From: Candidatus Ratteibacteria bacterium
GTDB taxonomy: Bacteria; Ratteibacteria; UBA8468; B48-G9; JAFGKM01
Assembly (NCBI GenBank): GCA_046296715.1
Contig: JBKBIN010000040.1
Coordinates: forward strand, 1-13,182
Direction of reading: 5' to 3'
Length of the DNA: 13,182 nt
Under the pieces are notes generated by a model. It saw only the letters and a program-made list of their open reading frames with translations, did no database searches and was not told where the DNA came from. This document shows, one piece after another, positions 7,278 through 13,182 of the stretch. The position numbers and the translations under genes are program-made. Within the stretch, counting starts at the first letter, position 1. Every line of letters begins with the position of its first letter.

Positions 7278-7942
7278 TTTGATTTTATACCTAAAATTCT
7301 TACAAGGTCTCCTGCTTTTTTGATTGAATCTGTCAGATTTTCAATTGTGTCTATAATTTCATAAAGAAGAATAATTTTGGCAGGATGTAGATTTTCTTTG
7401 ATCAAAACTTTAATCAATTCTCTTCTTTTATCATCTGCTTCTTCTTCAAGCGTTTCAATAGCAGCGCAATCCTCAAGTAATTTTTGTATGTCATTTTTAA
7501 TTAAGGAATTTATAGCATCTTTTAATTTTTCGCCACCTTTTAGACATATAATTGAATCCGAAAGCAATAAATTTTCCATTTCATCAGATGTCTTTTCGTC
7601 AAGAAATTCAAGTAATCTTGCAACACCCTTTGCACCATCAGCAATATCATTTAACCCTTCATTTAAAACTAAAAGGTCTTCCCTATCCGGAGGAAAGAGT
7701 AGTCCTTTTGAAAGTTCAAGTGTAATTTTTTTTCTTATTTCATCTCCTTGATGTTCAAAATTCTTAACATTTGAAATATGAGCATTTTTCTCTTCTTCTT
7801 TATTTTTTACAAAACATTCAATTGCATTTTTCATCTCTTCTACACATTTTAATGATATCTCCACATGCTTCAATTCATCATTTAAAATTTCTCTTTCTTC
7901 TTTTTGTCCAAGCCAGAACAAAATATTTCTTGATTTGTCCAT
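7274..7942 (-). CDS. DUF47 / PhoU-like phosphate transport accessory protein
   Basis: Duplicated helical repeat EHQGDEIRKKI / EEEADDKRRELI, LFPPDREDLL and DIAD. Directly downstream of PiT. SD AGGAGG. Confidence 0.92.
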   Translation of the reverse strand: MDKSRNILFWLGQKEEREILNDELKHVEISLKCVEEMKNAIECFVKNKEEEKNAHISNVKNFEHQGDEIRKKITLELSKGLLFPPDREDLLVLNEGLNDIADGAKGVARLLEFLDEKTSDEMENLLLSDSIICLKGGEKLKDAINSLIKNDIQKLLEDCAAIETLEEEADDKRRELIKVLIKENLHPAKIILLYEIIDTIENLTDSIKKAGDLVRILGIKSK

Positions 7943-7951
7943 TTTCGCCTC

Positions 7952-8917
7952 CTATATAAAAATACATAAAATTTTTACGACTACATAAGATATTATACCT
8001 GAAATTAAAGGAGTTATCGCCCAAGTTATAATAATTTCTCTTGCAACTTTAAGATTTATTGTTTTTATTCCCTGATAAATTCCTATTCCCCAGATTGCTC
8101 CAACTATTGAGTGAGAAGTTGAAACAGGAATTCCAAAATGGGTGTAAAGATGAATATTTAAAGAAGAACCAATTTCTGCTGCGATTGTCATTAAAGGAGT
8201 TAATCTTACAATGTTAAAACCAACTGTTTCTATAACTTTATAACCCCATGTTGAGACACCAATTGCCATAGAAATTCCACCTATTAAAGCAGAAATTTTG
8301 GGAGAAAATTTACCTGTTCCAATTAAAACACCTGTTGCATTTGCCACATCATTTGCTCCCCATGTAAAAGCAAGATAAGCACTTGTAAGATAAATAAATA
8401 AAATTACAAGTTGTCTTTCATATTTCTTTATTAACTTTAAACTGAAAAGAAACTTGATAACTGGGAGAGTTAAAAAAGTAATTATAGCAGAACCAATTGG
8501 AGTTAATATCCAACATAAAATAATTTGAAATATTTTTTGCCAATAAATTGGAGTTGAAAAAGCAAGACCTGCTCCTGCAACTGCCCCAACTATAGAGTGA
8601 GAAGTTGAAACAGGAATTTTTTTATAAGTGGCTATTGTTACCCAAATACTTGCTCCAAGAAGAGCACTCAAACAAATTATATTAGATATATCATATGGTA
8701 AAAGGTTTAAGGGAACTACTCCTTTACCGATTGTTTTAATTACATTTGATCCAAGAAGAATTGCGCCAAGGAAAGAAAAGAAAATAGTTACAATTATTCC
8801 ATCTCTGAGTTTCATAACACCTGAACCAATGTCAGCGCCTACACAATTAGCAGCATCATTTGCTCCTAATGACCAACCCATATATAATGAAATTAACAAA
8901 GCAAAAGCAAAAATCAT
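7952..8917 (-). CDS. pit: inorganic phosphate transporter, PiT family (short form)
   Basis: GANDAAN and GANDVANA signatures, IPVSTSHSIVGA twice, and many hydrophobic helices. Confidence 0.95.
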   Translation of the reverse strand: MIFAFALLISLYMGWSLGANDAANCVGADIGSGVMKLRDGIIVTIFFSFLGAILLGSNVIKTIGKGVVPLNLLPYDISNIICLSALLGASIWVTIATYKKIPVSTSHSIVGAVAGAGLAFSTPIYWQKIFQIILCWILTPIGSAIITFLTLPVIKFLFSLKLIKKYERQLVILFIYLTSAYLAFTWGANDVANATGVLIGTGKFSPKISALIGGISMAIGVSTWGYKVIETVGFNIVRLTPLMTIAAEIGSSLNIHLYTHFGIPVSTSHSIVGAIWGIGIYQGIKTINLKVAREIIITWAITPLISGIISYVVVKILCIFI

Positions 8918-8962
8918 TTTTATTCCTTTAACTTTTAGTTTAAAATAATATTTTATTAAAAA

Positions 8963-9505
8963 ATGGATATTTTAACAAATTTTTTAATGGGTATTTCTCT
9001 TTCAATGGATGCTTTTTCTATTTCTGTTGTTTCTTCTTCATTAATAAGAAAAAGTAAAAAGTTGAATAGTTTTAAAATTTCTTTTTCTTTCGGTTTTTTT
9101 CAATTTATTATGCCTATTTTTGGATGGTATTGTGGGATAAGAGTTTTAAAGCATATTGTTGGATTTGATAATATTGTTGCTTTTCTAATCTTACTGATTA
9201 TTGGAATAAAATTGATTTATGAATCTAAAAAAATTGAAAAAAAATTTGATATTACAAAATTTTTAACTTTATTTTTACTTTCAATAGCAACAAGTATAGA
9301 TGCTTATGCTGTTGGTCTAACATTTTCTCTTTTAAAAATTAAAATTTTAACTCCCTCTTTAATAATAGGTTTTACAACTTTTTTAGTTTGTTTAATCGGC
9401 TTTTATATAGGTAATAAAATTAAAAAATTTTTTGGAGATAAACTTGAACTTGTTGCAGGTATAATTTTAATTTTAATCGCTTTCAGAGTTCTACTTACTC
9501 ATTAA
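8963..9505 (+). CDS. mntP: manganese efflux pump, MntP family
   Basis: LSMDAFSISV, FGFFQFIMP and LSIATSIDAYAVG motifs. About six TM segments. Confidence 0.92.
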   Translation: MDILTNFLMGISLSMDAFSISVVSSSLIRKSKKLNSFKISFSFGFFQFIMPIFGWYCGIRVLKHIVGFDNIVAFLILLIIGIKLIYESKKIEKKFDITKFLTLFLLSIATSIDAYAVGLTFSLLKIKILTPSLIIGFTTFLVCLIGFYIGNKIKKFFGDKLELVAGIILILIAFRVLLTH

Positions 9506-9519
9506 GATTAATTAAAAAC

Positions 9520-9548
9520 TTGACAAAACTTTTTAAAGAGTTTAATAT
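9520..9548 (+). promoter_or_regulatory. sigma70 promoter of the hcp operon with a palindromic spacer
   Basis: TTGACA(9520-9525)-17-TAATAT(9543-9548). Imperfect palindrome AAACTTTTT/AAAGAGTTT at 9526-9543. Confidence 0.6.
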
Positions 9549-9586
9549 TATTAAAATTATAATAAAAATGATAAAGGAGGTTGAAA

Positions 9587-10888
9587 ATGAATGAATTTAA
9601 AATGTTTTGTTATCAATGCAGTCAAACAAGTCAAGCAAAAGGTTGTATAAATTATGGTGTATGTGGTAAAAATCCAACATTGTCTAAATTACAGGATAAT
9701 TTAATTTTTGGTATAAAAGGTATAAGTGCTTATCTTTATCATGCAAATGAACTTGGTTATAGAGATGAAAATTTAGAGAAGTTTTTAATTGAAACATTAT
9801 ATTCAACCTTAACAAATGTAAACTTTGATACAGAAAAATTTATTAAACATGCACTTGATGTTGGAAAAATAAATATTGAAACGATGAGATTATTAAAAAA
9901 AGCACATATAGAAACATATGGAGAACCAGAACCAGTTGAAGTATTTACAGGGATAAAAAAAGGGAAAGGGATAATAGTTACAGGTCATAGTTTGAAAGTT
10001 CTTGAAGAAGTTCTTAAACAAGCAAAACTTGAAAATATAAATGTTTATACTCACTCAGAATTACTTCCAGCACATGGTTATCCTAAATTAAGAAAATATG
10101 AAAATCTTATTGGTAATTTAGGAAAAGCATGGTATGACCAGAGAATATTATTTTCTGAAATTTCTGCTTGTATAGTTGGAACTTCTAATTGTGTTTTAAT
10201 TCCAAAAGATGATTATAAAGATAGAATTTTTACAACAGGAGTTGTTGGTCTTCCAAAAGTTAAACATATAACTGGATATGATTTTTCAGAAGTTATAAAA
10301 AAAGCAAAAACATTACCTGATTTAGAAGAAAAAAATGGGGAGGTGATTTTAACAACAGGATTTTCTTTGTCATCAATTTTAACATTAAAAGACAAAATTA
10401 AATATTTAATAGAAAATGGGAAAATAAGAAGAATTTTTGTGGTTGGAGGATGTGATAGTCCCTCAAATAAAAATGAATATTTTAGACAACTTGTTAAAAT
10501 ATTGCCAAAAGATACGCTTATAATAACTCTTGCTTGTGGAAAATTTAGATTTAATGATTTAGATTTAGGTGATATAGATGGTATACCAAGATTAATTGAT
10601 ATAGGACAGTGTAATGATGCTATTGTTGGAATAGATATTATTACTTCATTTGCTGAATTTTTTAATATTAAAAACATCAATGATTTACCAATCTCATATT
10701 TTTTACTATGGATGGAACAGAAGGCTGTAGCAATTTTGTGGAGTTTACTTTATCTTGGTGTCAAAAGAATAAAAATTGGACCGGTTTTACCTGCTTGGAT
10801 AAATGAAGAAATTTTGAAGTTTTTAATAAGTGAATTTGATTTAAGTGTTGTTAGTGAACCAGAAAAAGATTTAAAAGGATTATTATAA
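9587..10888 (+). CDS. hcp: hybrid cluster protein (hydroxylamine/NO reductase), short class III-type
   Basis: MFCYQCSQT..GC..GVCGK cubane motif. Hybrid-cluster ligand motifs TGH, THSE, TSNC, GGCD, LACGK, GQCND and WMEQKA. About 433 aa. ATG at 9587 is 6 nt after AAGGAGG. Confidence 0.96.
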   Translation: MNEFKMFCYQCSQTSQAKGCINYGVCGKNPTLSKLQDNLIFGIKGISAYLYHANELGYRDENLEKFLIETLYSTLTNVNFDTEKFIKHALDVGKINIETMRLLKKAHIETYGEPEPVEVFTGIKKGKGIIVTGHSLKVLEEVLKQAKLENINVYTHSELLPAHGYPKLRKYENLIGNLGKAWYDQRILFSEISACIVGTSNCVLIPKDDYKDRIFTTGVVGLPKVKHITGYDFSEVIKKAKTLPDLEEKNGEVILTTGFSLSSILTLKDKIKYLIENGKIRRIFVVGGCDSPSNKNEYFRQLVKILPKDTLIITLACGKFRFNDLDLGDIDGIPRLIDIGQCNDAIVGIDIITSFAEFFNIKNINDLPISYFLLWMEQKAVAILWSLLYLGVKRIKIGPVLPAWINEEILKFLISEFDLSVVSEPEKDLKGLL

Positions 10889-10906
10889 AAACAAGGAGGT
10901 AAATTT

Positions 10907-11728
10907 ATGAAAAGAAAAATAATAGAAATTGATGAGGAAAAATGTAATGGATGTGGAAATTGTATTCCAAGTTGTCCTGAAGGAGCATTGCAGATTATTG
11001 ACGGAAAAGCAAGATTAATAAGTGATCTATTTTGTGATGGACTTGGTGCTTGTATTGGTAGTTGTCCACAAGATGCTATAAAGATAGTTGAAAAAGAAGC
11101 AGAACCATATGATGAGAAAAAGACAATGGAAAATATTGTAAAAAAAGGGGAAAATACGATTATAGCCCATTTGAAGCACTTACATGAACATGGAGAAACT
11201 GAATATTTAAAACAAGCAATTGAAGTTTTAAAAGAAAAAAATATTGAAATTGATTTATCTGAAATTTTTGAAGTTCCTTGTTGTCCAGGTATGAAGATTA
11301 TTGATAGAACTGAGGAGGAGCAAAATGAAACAAATGTAGAAATTAAATCACAACTAAAACAATGGCCCATTCAATTACATCTTATAAATCCAAATGCTCC
11401 ATATTTTAAAAAAGCAGATTTATTGGTTGCTGCTGACTGTACTGCTTTTGCATATGGTAACTTTCATAATGATTTTATAAAAGGAAAGACAATAGTAATA
11501 GCGTGTCCTAAACTTGATGAAGGGATTGACAGATATATAGAAAAAATTAAGCAAATTCTTGAAAATAATAATATAAACACAATTACAGTTGCTATAATGG
11601 AAGTCCCTTGTTGTGCGGGTCTTTTAAAAATTGTTGAAGAGGCAGTTACAAAAAGCAGTAAGAAAGTTCCAATTAAAAAAATTATGATAAGTTTAAAAGG
11701 AGAGATTTTAGAGGAAAATTGGATATGA
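10907..11728 (+). CDS. 4Fe-4S dicluster ferredoxin-domain protein with Cys-containing C-terminal domain (hcp-associated type)
   Basis: CNGCGNCIPSCP and CDGLGACIGSCP, then WPIQLHL, AADC, CPKLD and MEVPCC. SD AAGGAGG. Confidence 0.9.
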   Translation: MKRKIIEIDEEKCNGCGNCIPSCPEGALQIIDGKARLISDLFCDGLGACIGSCPQDAIKIVEKEAEPYDEKKTMENIVKKGENTIIAHLKHLHEHGETEYLKQAIEVLKEKNIEIDLSEIFEVPCCPGMKIIDRTEEEQNETNVEIKSQLKQWPIQLHLINPNAPYFKKADLLVAADCTAFAYGNFHNDFIKGKTIVIACPKLDEGIDRYIEKIKQILENNNINTITVAIMEVPCCAGLLKIVEEAVTKSSKKVPIKKIMISLKGEILEENWI

Positions 11729-11943
11729 AGTGTCCTGGTACAGATCCAAGATTTTTAAAGGTTGAAGTTAAAAAATGTCCAAAATGTGGATATGAAGTTG
11801 AAATATTTTCAGATGAAATTAAAGTTAAATGTCCAAAATGTAAAAGTAATGTATATAGAGAAATTCCATCCTGTATTGATTGGTGTAGATATGCAAAAGA
11901 ATGTATAGGGGAAAAGAAGTGGCGAGAAATAAAAAAAACTTGA
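11725..11943 (+). CDS. small Cys-rich zinc-ribbon-like protein (72 aa)
   Basis: ATGA overlap with the upstream stop. MKCPG..CPKCGYEVEIFSDE..CPKC..CIDWCRYAKEC, 8 Cys. Confidence 0.85.
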   Translation: MKCPGTDPRFLKVEVKKCPKCGYEVEIFSDEIKVKCPKCKSNVYREIPSCIDWCRYAKECIGEKKWREIKKT

Positions 11944-11967
11944 CAGTTAATTTAAAATTGGTATAAT
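11940..11967 (+). promoter_or_regulatory. near-consensus sigma70 promoter of the thi4-cysK unit
   Basis: TTGACA(11940-11945)-16-TATAAT(11962-11967) with extended -10 TG at 11959-11960. Confidence 0.8.
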
Positions 11968-11976
11968 ATTATTAAT

Positions 11977-12069
11977 ATGATAATAAAAGTAAGAAATAAA
12001 ATAAAAATTTCAATAAGAAGAGATTGTGGAAAAAGAAATGAGTTATTAGAAAGATATATCTTGCACTAA
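11977..12069 (+). CDS. possible leaderless 30-aa upstream ORF (MIIKVRNKIKISIRRDCGKRNELLERYILH)
   Basis: ATG 9 nt after the -10 box. Open for 30 codons, stopping just before the thi4 SD. Confidence 0.3.
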   Translation: MIIKVRNKIKISIRRDCGKRNELLERYILH

Positions 12070-12086
12070 AAAAAGGAGGTGGAAAA

Positions 12087-12902
12087 ATGAAAGAAATAAT
12101 TTCAGAAAAGGATATAACAAGGTCTATTTTAAAAGATTTTTATGAAAAAGTTTCAAATATTATTGAAAGTGATGCTATAGTTGTAGGTGGAGGTCCAAGT
12201 GGTTTGATGGCTGCAAGGGAAATTTCTAAAGATGGGCTTAAGGTATTAATTATCGAGAAGAATAACTACCTTGGAGGAGGTTTTTGGATTGGAGGATATT
12301 TAATGAATGGTTTAACTTTTAGAAAAACAGCAAAAGAAGTTCTTGATGAGTTAGAAATACCTTATAAGGAAGTTGAAGATAATCTTTTTTTGGCTAACGG
12401 TCCTTGTGCATGTTCAAAACTAATCTATTCAACTTGTATTCAAGGGGTTACTATTTTAAATATGACAAGTTTTGAAGATGTAATTTTAAAAGATGGACGG
12501 ATAAAAGGTGTTGTTATAAACTGGACACCAGTTTCATCTTTACCAAGAGAGATAACATGTGTTGATCCAATTGGAATAGAAACAAAGGTAGTTATAGATG
12601 CGACAGGACATGATGCGTTTGTTGTTAAAAGTTTAGAAAGAAGAGGATTAATTGAGGTAAAAGGGTATGGTCCTATGGATGTAGAAATGTCAGAACATTC
12701 AGTTGTTAAAATGACAGGAGAAGTTTATCCTGGACTAATTGTATGCGGGATGGCAGTGAGCACTGTTTACGGATTACCGAGAATGGGTCCTACTTTTGGA
12801 AGTATGTTATTATCAGGAAAAAAAGCAGGAAAAATTGCAAAAGATATAATTTTCACAATCTCTAAAGGAAAGGAAGAAAAATTGATTTATTATGAAATTT
12901 AA
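12087..12902 (+). CDS. thi4: adenosine diphosphate thiazole synthase Thi4, Cys-type
   Basis: VVGGGPSGL, LGGGFWIGG, TCVDP active-site loop, DATGHDA and PRMGPTFGSMLLSG. SD AAGGAGG. Confidence 0.95.
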   Translation: MKEIISEKDITRSILKDFYEKVSNIIESDAIVVGGGPSGLMAAREISKDGLKVLIIEKNNYLGGGFWIGGYLMNGLTFRKTAKEVLDELEIPYKEVEDNLFLANGPCACSKLIYSTCIQGVTILNMTSFEDVILKDGRIKGVVINWTPVSSLPREITCVDPIGIETKVVIDATGHDAFVVKSLERRGLIEVKGYGPMDVEMSEHSVVKMTGEVYPGLIVCGMAVSTVYGLPRMGPTFGSMLLSGKKAGKIAKDIIFTISKGKEEKLIYYEI

Positions 12903-12917
12903 AAAAAGGAGAAAATT

Positions 12918-13099
12918 ATGGTGGGGATGAAAAAATTAAAATTTGTGAAAGTTGTGGAGAAGTTCTATTTTCCCAACAGGAAGCTATCATTATATGTGAA
13001 AAATGTGGTGAGTGTATATACATAAAAGGAGAAGAAAATGAAATTTGCGGAAAACATAACAAAACTAATAGGCAATACTCCACTTGTAAGGTTGAATAA
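12918..13099 (+). pseudogene. Cys-rich zinc-ribbon-like ORF whose SD/ATG is one base out of frame
   Basis: The frame 12920-13099 reads [59 protein letters not shown] and has no ATG/GTG/TTG before the first CxxC. SD AAGGAG (12906-12911) precedes ATG 12918 and ATG 12927 in another frame. Confidence 0.5.
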
Positions 13100-13182
13100 A
13101 ATTGCAAGAGGTTGTTATTCAGATATTTATGCGAAACTTGAATTTTATAATCCGGCTGGTTCGGTAAAGGATAGGATTGCAG
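13038..13182 (+). CDS. cysK: cysteine synthase (O-acetylserine sulfhydrylase), 5' part only
   Basis: [48 protein letters not shown], containing IGNTPLV and the PLP-lysine motif SVKDR. SD AAGGAG upstream. Runs off the window. Confidence 0.92.
   Translation, partial: MKFAENITKLIGNTPLVRLNKIARGCYSDIYAKLEFYNPAGSVKDRIA

Noticed and set aside
5956..8948. ORFs 5956-6273, 6670-6864, 7377-7751, 7771-7959 and 8628-8948
   Set aside because: Antisense shadows of pfk, the TtuA-like gene, DUF47 and pit.
10213..11370. ORFs 10213-10680(-) and 10750-11370(-)
   Set aside because: Antisense to hcp and the Fe-S gene, with Ser/Phe/Ile-rich shadow composition.
12900..12908. A_AAA_AAG slippery site fusing thi4 to the Cys-rich frame
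   Set aside because: The heptamer lies after the thi4 TAA, so ribosomes would terminate first. It is more simply the A-run before the SD.
12920..13099. LysW-type carrier or ThiS-like sulfur carrier
   Set aside because: No C-terminal EDWGE and no C-terminal GG.
12916..13107. 63-aa minus-strand ORF
   Set aside because: Antisense to the Cys-rich ORF and cysK, with no SD or motif.
1..13182. CRISPR array, transposase or integrase
   Set aside because: No regularly spaced repeats and no recombinase or transposase motifs in any ORF.

Overview
Very AT-rich, gene-dense bacterial window: sigma70-type promoters, holB and c-di-GMP enzymes indicate a bacterium, and the gene content suggests an anaerobe, possibly thermophilic (inference). 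In order: PAS-PAS-HD-GYP phosphodiesterase (+); a convergent minus-strand unit of membrane GGDEF cyclase, small membrane protein, tmk, holB-like and tRNA-Leu(CAG); PPi-type phosphofructokinase (+); PiT transporter, DUF47 and a TtuA/TtcA-family thiolase (-); mntP (+); short (class III-type) hcp, Fe-S protein and Cys-rich zinc-ribbon protein (+); then a near-consensus promoter driving a possible 30-codon uORF, Cys-type thi4, a start-less or frameshifted Cys-rich ORF, and the 5' end of cysK. Most unusual observations: (i) a ~200-bp segment between holB and tRNA-Leu, bounded by a duplication of the tRNA 5' end and containing a GC-rich, tRNA-sized, non-cloverleaf element that also encodes the HolB C-terminus; (ii) the thi4 / Cys-rich ORF / cysK arrangement; (iii) a bidirectional promoter sharing one -35 hexamer and several apparently leaderless genes; (iv) a possible stand-alone, membrane-anchored M99-peptidase C-terminal-like domain coupled to the cyclase. 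No transposase, integrase or CRISPR array is visible.
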